From contig JBEKCB010000027.1 in the NCBI GenBank assembly GCA_050015075.1, forward strand, positions 1 to 64,000: a stretch of DNA of 64,000 nucleotides. Reading direction: 5' to 3'. Origin of the DNA: Candidatus Brocadiia bacterium. GTDB lineage: Bacteria > Planctomycetota > Brocadiia > CAIUPP01. The notes under the pieces are model-generated. The model was not told the DNA's origin. It did not search any database and saw only the letters and a list, made by a program, of their open reading frames with translations. Below, piece after piece: positions 1-8,743 of the stretch (its first letter is position 1; each line of letters starts with the position of its first letter). The position numbers and the translations under genes are program-made.

Positions 1-414
1 CTCAATGAGGCTGACCATGCGCTCGAACACGTCCTCCCGGAACGCTACGCCCCTGCCTCCGTAAAGACGTTCCATCTCCAACTGCTCCCAACGATGCCGC
101 TCCAGTTCCTCGCGGGGCTCTGCCCAGGTGCGCGCGTGCAACTCCGCCTCAGTCCGAGCGCACCGCTGCATGCGCAAGTAGGTCAGCGCGAGTTTCTCGA
201 CCAGCATCTCCTCCACGCGCCCCACCGGCCGCAGCGAGGCGATCAGTTCGTCCTCGATGACATAGACCTCCTCCGCGTCCTGCTCCGTCAGCGCGGAGAC
301 GAAAATCCCGTGCTTGCGCGCGTTCAAGCGCGAAATCGCCTTGCCGCGATCCGTCTTCACGCCGCCCTTCAACCCGTTCTCCCGACTCGCCGCCGCCTGC
401 TTCCGCGTAGCCAT
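1..414 (-). CDS. Hypothetical protein, runs off the left edge (MATRKQAAASRENGLKGGVKTDRGKAISRLNARKHGIF...)
   Basis: Manually translated open frame from ATG at 414 to base 1, GGAGG RBS upstream; N-terminus resembles the widespread uncharacterised AxNxxxxxGPxTxxGKxxSxxNAxKHG family. Not in the ORF track because it has no stop in the window. Confidence 0.75.
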   Translation of the reverse strand, partial: MATRKQAAASRENGLKGGVKTDRGKAISRLNARKHGIFVSALTEQDAEEVYVIEDELIASLRPVGRVEEMLVEKLALTYLRMQRCARTEAELHARTWAEPREELERHRWEQLEMERLYGGRGVAFREDVFERMVSLIE

Positions 415-463
415 AGCCCGCGCCTCCAATAAAACCGGTCTCACAAAAACCAACAACGTTCGC

Positions 464-568
464 AACCGCCGATGAACCGAGAGCGCGCAGTGTACTGCGC
501 GCGTGATGAACGCCGATAAGAAAGTTAGGGCAGTTCGTATCTGCGTTCATCGGCGTCCATCGGCGGTT
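464..568. repeat. REPIN-like inverted repeat built from 9-mer units (aaccgccgatgaac...atctgcgttcatcggcgtccatcggcggtt) with an inserted hairpin
   Basis: Arms 464-517 and 539-568 are reverse complements once 478-504 is removed. Confidence 0.8.
481..503. repeat. Short palindromic element gagcgcgcag-tgta-ctgcgcgcg
   Basis: 22/23 identical copy at 32463-32485. Confidence 0.8.
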
Positions 569-636
569 AAAATCCGTCTTTATTGCCGTTAATATTATAA
601 GACCGGATTTGCGGCGCGGAGCGGGCGGGGAAAGTG

Positions 637-718
637 AGTGCGCTTGCAAGCGGTTTCAGTGCGCTTGGGAGTGGTTTGAGTGCGCTTCAGTGCGCTTCGC
701 AGTGGTTTCAGTGCGCTT
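637..718. repeat. Five phased direct repeats of AGTGCGCTT
   Basis: Copies start at 637, 658, 679, 689 and 710. Confidence 0.85.
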
Positions 719-772
719 ATTTCGGAGAGTTAGATTTGACAACACCGCCGGGAAAAAGAAACTGTCATCGCT

Positions 773-1189
773 TTAGCGGTGAACCGGCATGGGCCAACCA
801 CCCACGGCCAAAATCATAAGCGCGAGGCATAGTGCAAGAACTGAGCCAAAAAACATCGCCATTAAATCTATCTCGACGCGCTGCTTTCTGATAAGGCGGA
901 CAATCCCGGTTGCCAGAATGGCACAGAGAGCCGCGATGACGGCTATGTCGGTTAGCGTCACCACCCAATAAACAATCGGCTTAGGGGCTCCTCTAAACCG
1001 CGCTACGAACTGCAGCGGAAAGGTCTCAACAGCCATGGTAGAAATCACTGCTCCAAAATAGCAGGATCCCACAGCCAGCGGGAAAATGACGCTCCACAGC
1101 AGCCTCAACACTTTCGGCTTGCGCTGCAAGCGCAACGACACGGCTTTAAGCTGAGCATACATCACCCCATGATAGGTGCATCGTGTCAT
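773..1189 (-). CDS. Hypothetical small membrane protein (about 3 TM segments)
   Basis: 138-aa ORF with three hydrophobic stretches, lower GC than neighbours, promoter-like motif upstream; start uncertain. Confidence 0.5.
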   Translation of the reverse strand: MTRCTYHGVMYAQLKAVSLRLQRKPKVLRLLWSVIFPLAVGSCYFGAVISTMAVETFPLQFVARFRGAPKPIVYWVVTLTDIAVIAALCAILATGIVRLIRKQRVEIDLMAMFFGSVLALCLALMILAVGGWPMPVHR

Positions 1190-1352
1190 ACCTGTCTTCT
1201 CATATCTAACAAAGACGAGATCCTTGGAAAATCGATATTCGGGATGTTCGGAGGATCATAATACACCAATTGTCCTGCACCCGAACCTTCCGGCTGAGTC
1301 GGAGAACACTCGCACGCAACCTTCATGCGCGCCGCCCAAGCTGCCCAAGCGG

Positions 1353-1381
1353 ACTCTATTCGCGCGCAGGGGCATTGTCAA
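1353..1381 (-). promoter_or_regulatory. Sigma70-type promoter TTGACA-17-TAGAGT
   Basis: Consensus -35 with 17-bp spacer, pointing at ORF 773..1189. Confidence 0.5.
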
Positions 1382-1428
1382 GGGATAATTCTCTTTGCCC
1401 GATTGATGTTAGCATAAAGAAAGGAATG

Positions 1429-1512
1429 CTCTCGCAAAGACGCAAAGAGCGCAAAGAACTAAAAAACAAACTCATCATTTTGTTCATGGCGCTCTTTGCG
1501 TCTTTGAGAGAG
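1429..1512. repeat. REPIN-like inverted repeat of cgcaaagay 9-mer units
   Basis: ctctcgcaaagacgcaaagagcgc ... gcgctctttgcgtctttgagagag, just downstream of lpxB. Confidence 0.8.
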
Positions 1513-1534
1513 ACCTTTCTTTCTTGCGCGAAGA

Positions 1535-2695
1535 TCAATAACGCCTGTTCTCCAGGCAATCGAGCACCGCCCTCGCGGCGCGGTCGGAGGTGCCGGCGGG
1601 GCCCAGGGAACGGATGACTTCGTCCAGGGCTTTGCGGCATTGGGTCCATGCTTCGGAGTTGTCGAGGAGGTTGACGGCGGCTTCGGCGACGGGGCTCGCG
1701 TCGTTGTCGAACTTCAGGAATTCGGGGACGGCTTCGCGGCCGGCGAGGATGTTGACCAGGCAGAAGTTCGGGACTCGGAGCAGGCGCGGGGCGATGTGGC
1801 GCGCCCATTTGTTCGTGCGATAGACGACGACCATCGGGGTGCGGAAGTAGGCGGTCTCCAGGGTGGCGGTGCCGCTGACGGCCAGGCAGAGCTTCGAGAC
1901 CTGCATGATCTGCGCGGTCTCGCCCAGGCGGACTGCGGCGTCCAGTTTCCTGGCGGCGAGGATGCTTTGCAGGTCGCGAAGATGTTCCTCGGACGTGGCG
2001 GCGACCGGGAAGACGATGTCGGGGAACCGGCGGCGCAGGGCCGCGGCGGCGTCGCAGATGATGGGGAAGGTGTGGCGGATTTCCTGGCTGCGGCTGCCGG
2101 GGAGCAGGCCGACGACGGTTCTTCCGCGCGCTCCCAGCGAACCCAGGTATTCTTCCCGCGCGGCGGATTCCATCACTAACGGCGCCATGTAGTCGAGGAC
2201 GGGATGGCCGACGTACCGGCAGTCCACGCCGAGCGGGTCGTAGAGCGCTTTCTCGAACGGCAGGATGGTCATCATGCGCGTGACGAGGCGCGCGATGCGG
2301 TGGATCCGGTGCGGCATCCACGCCCAGACCTGCGGGCTGACGTAGTAGCAGACGGGGATTTTTCGCGCGCGCGCGTGGCCGGCCAGCCTGAGGTTGAAGC
2401 CGGGATTGTCCACGGGCACGAGGATGTCGGGCGGCTCGCGGTTGAATTCGCGGATGCAGTTGCGGAAAACGCGGACCCATCGCTGCGCGTTGCCGAAGGT
2501 GCTCAGGAGGCCCATGCCGGAATGGCCGACGGTCTCGGCGACGACCCGGACGCCCGCATCCGCCATCCGCGGCCCGCCGACGCCGGTGAGGCGCACGTCC
2601 GGCGAGAGCCGCCGCAGCGCCTCCGCCAGCGATGCGCCGAACCGGTCGCCGGAATGCTCGCCGGCGGCGATGAATATGCGAGGGTAAGACACCAT
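1535..2695 (-). CDS. lpxB: Lipid-A-disaccharide synthase
   Basis: AGEHSGD, VDNPGFN, YYVSPQVWAW, LPFE, GHP, LLPGSR and SGTATLE motifs. Confidence 0.95.
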   Translation of the reverse strand: MVSYPRIFIAAGEHSGDRFGASLAEALRRLSPDVRLTGVGGPRMADAGVRVVAETVGHSGMGLLSTFGNAQRWVRVFRNCIREFNREPPDILVPVDNPGFNLRLAGHARARKIPVCYYVSPQVWAWMPHRIHRIARLVTRMMTILPFEKALYDPLGVDCRYVGHPVLDYMAPLVMESAAREEYLGSLGARGRTVVGLLPGSRSQEIRHTFPIICDAAAALRRRFPDIVFPVAATSEEHLRDLQSILAARKLDAAVRLGETAQIMQVSKLCLAVSGTATLETAYFRTPMVVVYRTNKWARHIAPRLLRVPNFCLVNILAGREAVPEFLKFDNDASPVAEAAVNLLDNSEAWTQCRKALDEVIRSLGPAGTSDRAARAVLDCLENRRY

Positions 2696-2739
2696 CGTTC
2701 GTTCGCCTTATCGCCGCATGCTAATTATGTTAATCATTT

Positions 2740-2885
2740 ACCACCAAGGCACAAAGAGACAACGACTTCCACCACGGAATACACGGAGCACACGGAATGA
2801 CTTTCCTAAACAGCTTCAGTGTCTTCCGTGTGTTCCGTGGTTGCATTATTAGTTGGCGTTCTTGGTGCCTTGGTGTCTTGGTGGT
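2740..2885. repeat. Nested REPIN-like inverted repeats (outer caccaaggc family, inner cacggaata family)
   Basis: Outer arms 2740-2760 and 2861-2885; inner arms 2771-2797 and 2815-2841. Confidence 0.8.
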
Positions 2886-2897
2886 GAATCAAAGCGG

Positions 2898-3932
2898 TCA
2901 ACCGGGCGCCTCAAGGGTGATTCCGCGGGCCGCGAGGTTCTTGCGAATCTCGGCGACGACGGCTTCGGCGACGGCGACGGCGCGGACGCCGTCCTCGCCG
3001 GGGACCTCGGGGACGCGGTTCTCGCGGACGGCGCGGACGAACGACGCCAGTTCCGCCCGGAGCGGCTCTTCCTCGCCGAGGCGGAGCGTCTGGATGTCCA
3101 CCAGGTCGCCGTACGCCAGGCGGCCCATCTCGAGCAGGATCCGCGCGTCGGAGGCGTGGCGGAGCTTTTGGGCGGCTTCCTCGAACCCCGGCTTTTTGCG
3201 GTAGACCGTCGCGGTCTTCTCCATGGTGTCAATCGAGACGTAGCAGTCCGGCGCGAAGAAGCGGATGCGGCGCATGCTCTTGAGCGAGATGCGGCTGGCG
3301 GTGACGTTGGCCACGCAGCCGCTTTCGAAGGTGAGGCGCGCGTTGGCGATGTCCTCATGGCGCGAGATGACCGGCACGCCGACGGCCTCGACGTGTTTGA
3401 GCGGCGACTGGACGAGGCAGTGGATGATGTCGAGGTCGTGGATCATCAGGTCGAAGACGACGCCGACGTCGGCGGAGCGGAAGCGGAACGGGCTGAGGCG
3501 GTGGCATTCGATGAAGACCGGTTTGAGGCCGTAGCCGGCGATCGCCTGGTAGCCGGGGTTGAAGCGCTCGATGTGGCCGACCTGGAGCCGGGCGCCGCTC
3601 TTCGCCGCGGCGGCGACGAGGTCGCGGGCGTCCTCGACGCGGTAGGTCATCGGCTTCTCGACGAGGACGGAGATGCCGCGCTGGAGGAACGGCAGCGCGA
3701 CGGCGTGATGATGGAGCGTGGGGACGACGATGCTGACGGCCTGCGCGCGGTCGAGCAGGAAGTCCGGCGTCTCGGACCATTCGGTCTTGAATTTCCGCGC
3801 GACGGCGCGCGCCGCGGCGGCGTCGCTGTCCACGACGCCGACCAGCTCGGCATCCGCCAGCCCCGCGTAGACGCGGGCGTGTTCCTTGCCGAGATGCCCG
3901 ACGCCGACGACGCCCACTTTGAGACGGCTCAC
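2898..3932 (-). CDS. Gfo/Idh/MocA oxidoreductase, probable GnnA-type UDP-GlcNAc 3-dehydrogenase
   Basis: GVGHLG, VEKP, GHIERFNP and DLMIHDLD motifs; GTG start overlaps the lpxA stop (GTGA); lies between lpxA and lpxB. Confidence 0.85.
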   Translation of the reverse strand: MSRLKVGVVGVGHLGKEHARVYAGLADAELVGVVDSDAAAARAVARKFKTEWSETPDFLLDRAQAVSIVVPTLHHHAVALPFLQRGISVLVEKPMTYRVEDARDLVAAAAKSGARLQVGHIERFNPGYQAIAGYGLKPVFIECHRLSPFRFRSADVGVVFDLMIHDLDIIHCLVQSPLKHVEAVGVPVISRHEDIANARLTFESGCVANVTASRISLKSMRRIRFFAPDCYVSIDTMEKTATVYRKKPGFEEAAQKLRHASDARILLEMGRLAYGDLVDIQTLRLGEEEPLRAELASFVRAVRENRVPEVPGEDGVRAVAVAEAVVAEIRKNLAARGITLEAPG

Positions 3933-4747
3933 GCGACGCCTCCGCGCTCCTGCCGAGTCACCTCGAGATATCGTGCGAGCTTGCCGGTCTCGGAGCGGCG
4001 CATGAATTCCAGGAGGTTCTGCGCGGGCTTCGTCATCAGGCCCGCCGCTTCCAGTTCCTTCGCCGCGCTCTCCTTGGAGAGCCCCGAGCGGTAGAGCATG
4101 CGCCACACGCGCTGGACGGAGTCAATCTCCGGGCCCGAGAAGCCGGCGCGCTGCATGCCGATGATGTTCACGGCGCGCGGCGTGTGGTGGTCCAGCAGCA
4201 TCATCATGTAGGGCGGCACGTCGTGATTCACGCCGGTCAGGCCGCCGAGCATGCAAAGGGTGCCGAGCGTGACGAAGTGGTGCACGGCGGTGTGGCCGCT
4301 GAGGATGACGCCGTCCTCGATTTTCACGTGACCGGCGATCAACGCGCAATTGGCCAGTTGGATGTGGTCGCCCAACTGGCAGTCGTGGGCGACGTGGCAG
4401 CAGGACATCAGATAGTTGTCGTTCCCGATGATCGTGATCCCGCCGCCCTTCACGGTCCCGGTGTTGATGGTCACGAACTCGCGGATGTGGTTGCGGTCTC
4501 CGATGAGCAGGCGCGTCGGCTCGCCTCGGTAGGTGAGGTCCTGCGGCGGCAGCCCGACGGAGGCGAACGGGTAAAGATGGTTGGCGGTTCCCAGTTCGGT
4601 GTGGCCGTCGAGGACGCAGTGGCTCTCGACAATGGTTCCGGGCCCGATGCGGACATGCTCGCCGATAATCGCGTACGGTCCGACGACGACGTCGTCGGCC
4701 AGTTCCGCTTTCGGGTGCACGCGGGCCGTCGAATCAATCTTCGGCAT
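3929..4747 (-). CDS. lpxA: Acyl-ACP--UDP-N-acetylglucosamine acyltransferase
   Basis: Hexapeptide repeats, PQDL, IREFVTIN, HVAHDC, AGHV, VHHFV; start taken at MPKIDSTA. Confidence 0.95.
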   Translation of the reverse strand: MPKIDSTARVHPKAELADDVVVGPYAIIGEHVRIGPGTIVESHCVLDGHTELGTANHLYPFASVGLPPQDLTYRGEPTRLLIGDRNHIREFVTINTGTVKGGGITIIGNDNYLMSCCHVAHDCQLGDHIQLANCALIAGHVKIEDGVILSGHTAVHHFVTLGTLCMLGGLTGVNHDVPPYMMMLLDHHTPRAVNIIGMQRAGFSGPEIDSVQRVWRMLYRSGLSKESAAKELEAAGLMTKPAQNLLEFMRRSETGKLARYLEVTRQERGGVA

Positions 4748-4784
4748 TCCAACCGCTCCTCTCAAGGGCGACCGAACGGGGAGT

Positions 4785-5636
4785 TCACGCGCCGTCTTCG
4801 GCGCAGGCTTCGGCGATGGCCTTCGCCAGCCGGATGTTCGTAGCGTGGCCGGACTTGTAGCCGAGCACGCGGGCGGAGAGGAATCCCCCGCAAAGGGAAA
4901 GGTCGCCGAGCATATCCAGGATTTTGTGGCGTGCGCATTCGTCCGGGAAGCGCGCGGAAGCGGAGAGGCGGCCGTCCTCTTCGAGGACGATCGTGTTCTC
5001 CGGCGTGGCTCCACGGCCGAGGCCGAGCTTGATGAAGGCATCCACTTCCGGGCGCAGGACATAGGTGCGCGCGCCGGCGATGCCGTCGAGAAACATCTCG
5101 CGCGTGACGTCGAGCGTCAGGGACTGGCAGCGCACGAAGTGCTGTCCGTAGTCGAGGATGTACGTGGCGCTCAGGCCGCCGGAGGATGGCGCGGCGGCGA
5201 GGAAAATGTCGCCCTCGGTCACGACGACGGGCCGCCGGAGTTGCGCGCGGCGGCGCGGCGCGTCGAGTGGGCGGACGCCGGCGGCCAGGAACGGTTCCGT
5301 GAAGGTCTTCGCCGAACCGTCTCCGACGGGCATCTCCATGGCCGTGGATTCAATGACGAGGTTGTCAATGCCGAGGCCGAAGAGCGCGGACAGGAGGTGC
5401 TCGACCATCCGCACCTCGGCCTCACCGTTCCGGAGGGCGGTCCATCGCTGCGGGCCGGCCGGCACGTTCGCGATCACGGCGGGAATCTGCGGCTGGCCGG
5501 GCAGGTCCGCGCGCACGAAAACAATCCCGCTGCCGGCCGGCGCGGGGCGGCAGCGCAGTTGCACAGGCTGACCGAAGAACAACCCGATGCCCTGGATCTC
5601 CACGGGCCGGGCCAGAGTACATTGCGATTCGCTCAC
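4785..5636 (-). CDS. lpxC: UDP-3-O-acyl-GlcNAc deacetylase
   Basis: VEHLLSAL, DGSA, HKILDMLGDL and KSGH motifs; no fused FabZ domain. Confidence 0.95.
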   Translation of the reverse strand: MSESQCTLARPVEIQGIGLFFGQPVQLRCRPAPAGSGIVFVRADLPGQPQIPAVIANVPAGPQRWTALRNGEAEVRMVEHLLSALFGLGIDNLVIESTAMEMPVGDGSAKTFTEPFLAAGVRPLDAPRRRAQLRRPVVVTEGDIFLAAAPSSGGLSATYILDYGQHFVRCQSLTLDVTREMFLDGIAGARTYVLRPEVDAFIKLGLGRGATPENTIVLEEDGRLSASARFPDECARHKILDMLGDLSLCGGFLSARVLGYKSGHATNIRLAKAIAEACAEDGA

Positions 5637-5639
5637 CGG

Positions 5640-6317
5640 CTACTTCTCCTTGGCTGGTGCTTCCGGCTGTTTCGGGGAATTGGGCGCGGTCTCTTTTTTC
5701 TTCTGCTCGGCCGCGTACTTGTCATTCAGCCGCTGGATGACCGCGCTGGTAAGATCATACTCAGGCTTCGCGTATAACACAACTCTCTGGCCGAGCTGAA
5801 GGACGGCGTCGGTGCGGTTGTTGACGGTCGGGTCCGGCGTCTGGTCCTTGATGATCAGGTCGTAGTTGCCTTCCTTCGCGATCGCCCCGACTACCTGGAG
5901 CACTTCGTCGAAGAGCGCGTTGAGCATGGAAACGAATTTGTTATTGAGATCCTCGGTGGCTTTGCGCCGGAACTCATCCCCTTCCTTGACCGCCGCCTTC
6001 GCCTTCTCCTCGAGTTCCAGCCGCTCCGGCGTGCCCATCGCGAGCTTCTCGATCTGCGTATTGTAGCGCGCGATCTCCTCCGTCCGGGTGCGGTCCTGGT
6101 TCGCCAGGTCGAGCCGCAGCGCCTTGTAATCGTTGTCGAAGTCGCCGCGGCGGCGATATTCGGTCCAGACTCGCGAGATGTCCACGTATCCGATTTTCAG
6201 CGCGTGGGGCGCCGCCGGAGCCGCGGCGTCAGCCGCGGGAGCATTCGCCGCATCCTGCGCCGGCGCGCCGGGCGCTCCGAGGATCGCCGCCAGGACCGCC
6301 ATCAGAATGAATCGCAT
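5640..6317 (-). CDS. skp: OmpH/Skp periplasmic chaperone
   Basis: Signal peptide, KIGYVD, coiled coil, YDLII and DLT motifs; directly downstream of bamA. Confidence 0.85.
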   Translation of the reverse strand: MRFILMAVLAAILGAPGAPAQDAANAPAADAAAPAAPHALKIGYVDISRVWTEYRRRGDFDNDYKALRLDLANQDRTRTEEIARYNTQIEKLAMGTPERLELEEKAKAAVKEGDEFRRKATEDLNNKFVSMLNALFDEVLQVVGAIAKEGNYDLIIKDQTPDPTVNNRTDAVLQLGQRVVLYAKPEYDLTSAVIQRLNDKYAAEQKKKETAPNSPKQPEAPAKEK

Positions 6318-6328
6318 AGCCGGCCTCC

Positions 6329-8743
6329 TTAAAATCCAAAGCCCGTGCCCATCTCAAAACTGAAGACTTCCGTCTGGTCGTGCGCCCGGCTCACCAGCGG
6401 CGTCGCGAGATACAGGCTGATCGGAATCCGCTCGAACCCCGGGACCGGCAGGCGCAGCCGGACGCCGGCGCCCGCGTCGGCGCGGATATTGCCCATCTCG
6501 CTGCCCGTCGAACCCAGGTCGCCGGTCTCCACGAACACCACGAAGCGGAAGTAGTCCCTGACGATCGGCACTTCGTATTCCGTGTTCGTCAGGATCATGT
6601 AGTCCCCGCCGATCTGCTTGTGGAACACGTCGTCCACGGGCCCGACGCGCCGGTAACTGAAGCCGCGCAGCGAGCCGAGGCCGCCCATGAAGTACCGCTC
6701 GAAGATCGGCACGCCGTCCGAGCCGGTGCTCCCGACGATCCCTGCGCTGGCGCCCACGCTGAGGATCTGCTTGCCCCTCATGAAGTATTCGCCCCAGCCG
6801 GACGACTCGCAGATCGTAAACCACTTGCGCGCCTCGAAGGTCTCTTTCAGGACGTCCACGTCGCCGCCGAACACGGTCCCGGCCATCTCGGCCGACGCGC
6901 TCAGCCGGTAGCCGCCCGTAGTCAGGAGCGGGCTGTCCCTTCGGTCGTAAGTGACGCCGAGCTGCAGCGAGCGACGCTCCTGCCGGCCTGCCTCATCCGC
7001 CTTGACCGCGTCCGCCGGAGCCGTGGGGTCGAGGTCCTTGATCGTCACCCATTCCCACCGCGGCGTAAGGCTCACCGTCAGGTCTTTGAAGAACCGCCGG
7101 CCGACGGTGATGCTGCCGCCGGCGTGCTGTTCAGTGTAAAAGTCCGTCCAGATGAAGTCGTGCAGATAGAGGTCGAACCCCACGGAGTAGTCCGTGTCCC
7201 AGACCGAGGGGTTCGTCCAGTTCAGACGATAATCGTTGACGATCGTCCCGGGACTCACCGAGATGGTGAGTTCCTGCCCGTCGCCGGCGAAGGCTTCGCC
7301 GCGCATGATCTCCGCCCAGCTCGTCGGAATCTTGGTCGCATCGAAGTTGCGATGGGTCAACCGGATCGTGCCGATCAGGCCCTGCGTGGAGCTGAAGCCG
7401 GCGCCGATCGAGAAGTCGCCCATGTTGCCCTCGACGACCTCGACGAGGACGTCGGTTTTGCCGGGCTGCGTGCTGTCTATGAAGCGGACGCGCACCGCCT
7501 CGGCGCCCGGGGCGCCGCTCTTGACGGAGAAGTATCCGGTATTCTGAAGGCGCCGCTTGGTTTCCTCCAGCTCGTCGCTGTTCGCCAGGTCGCCGGGCAG
7601 GACCGTCACCGAGCGGCGGATCACGTGGTCCTGCGTGATCAGGTTGCCGCGGATGATCACCTTGTTGACGTAGTATTGCTCGCCCTCGGTCACCGTCAGC
7701 GTCAGCCTGACCTTGGGCTCTTTCTCGGAGAACGACCGGGCGATCTGGACATCCGCCTTGATGTAGCCGATCCGGCCGTAGAGGCTGCGGATCGCCTCGA
7801 AGTCCTTGTCGAGCTGCTCCTGCGCATAGGGGCCCTCTTCGTGCGACTTCATCACGGCGAGGACCTCGTCCGTCGAGCGGATGTGCGTGCCCTGGATCGT
7901 CATGCGCTCGATGCCGTACAGCGGCCCTTCGAGGACGCGCACGACCAGGTAGGCCCTTTCCTTGCTCTCGTCGAACAGGACTTCGTGCCCCACCGTCGCG
8001 TCGAGGTATCCCCTGCGGCGGAACAACTCGCGCACGGCCAGCAGGTCCGACCGGAGCAGCGCCGGATCGTATTTCCCCCGCTCGAGAATGCCGCCGGCCT
8101 TCACGCCCATCATGACGGGCAGGATATCCTCATCCGGAACGCCCGCGTTGCCCTCGAACCGGACGCCCTCCACCGTCAGCTTGGGACCGGCTTCGATGTG
8201 ATAGACGATGTCAATCCCGTCCTCGACGTCCTTCGTCTCCTGCCGGACCTCGGCGAAGAGGTATCCCTCGTCAATGAAGTGGCTGCGGATGGCTTCGCGG
8301 TCGGCCTTCAGGCCGTACGGGCTCGCGGCGGCGCCGACCTTGGCCTGGAGGAGGTCGGGCAGCGCCTTCTCGCAGTCGCCGAGATCGCCTTCGTAGCGGA
8401 CGTCGTGAACGCGCGGGCGGACCTTGAGATGGAAGACCACGCTCACTCCGCCCGAGATGAGCGCAGGCTCGACGGAGACCTTCGTGAAGTCGCCCAGGGC
8501 GTAGATGGCCGCGACGGCGGCCCGCGCCGCTTCTTCGCTGTAGAGGTCCCCTTCGCGGAAGCGGATGGCGTCGCGGACGCGGCCCATGTCGGTTCCGGGA
8601 GGAGCATCAATGTCCAGCCGGGTGATCTCGTGCCCCTCGCAAGACTGACCCGGAGCCGTCTGGGCGACCGCGGCTGTATCCAGGGCGATCAGCGCGAGAG
8701 AAATGAGGCAGGCGAGAGAAGCCGACGCCCATGGATGGCTCAT
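6329..8743 (-). CDS. bamA: Outer membrane protein assembly factor
   Basis: Signal peptide, POTRA-like repeats (GN, GY motifs), ERYFMGGLGSLRGF and C-terminal Phe. Confidence 0.92.
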   Translation of the reverse strand: MSHPWASASLACLISLALIALDTAAVAQTAPGQSCEGHEITRLDIDAPPGTDMGRVRDAIRFREGDLYSEEAARAAVAAIYALGDFTKVSVEPALISGGVSVVFHLKVRPRVHDVRYEGDLGDCEKALPDLLQAKVGAAASPYGLKADREAIRSHFIDEGYLFAEVRQETKDVEDGIDIVYHIEAGPKLTVEGVRFEGNAGVPDEDILPVMMGVKAGGILERGKYDPALLRSDLLAVRELFRRRGYLDATVGHEVLFDESKERAYLVVRVLEGPLYGIERMTIQGTHIRSTDEVLAVMKSHEEGPYAQEQLDKDFEAIRSLYGRIGYIKADVQIARSFSEKEPKVRLTLTVTEGEQYYVNKVIIRGNLITQDHVIRRSVTVLPGDLANSDELEETKRRLQNTGYFSVKSGAPGAEAVRVRFIDSTQPGKTDVLVEVVEGNMGDFSIGAGFSSTQGLIGTIRLTHRNFDATKIPTSWAEIMRGEAFAGDGQELTISVSPGTIVNDYRLNWTNPSVWDTDYSVGFDLYLHDFIWTDFYTEQHAGGSITVGRRFFKDLTVSLTPRWEWVTIKDLDPTAPADAVKADEAGRQERRSLQLGVTYDRRDSPLLTTGGYRLSASAEMAGTVFGGDVDVLKETFEARKWFTICESSGWGEYFMRGKQILSVGASAGIVGSTGSDGVPIFERYFMGGLGSLRGFSYRRVGPVDDVFHKQIGGDYMILTNTEYEVPIVRDYFRFVVFVETGDLGSTGSEMGNIRADAGAGVRLRLPVPGFERIPISLYLATPLVSRAHDQTEVFSFEMGTGFGF

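Noticed and set aside
637-718. Possible mini CRISPR array
   Set aside because: Repeat is only 9 bp, spacers are 1-12 bp and similar to each other, and there are no cas genes.
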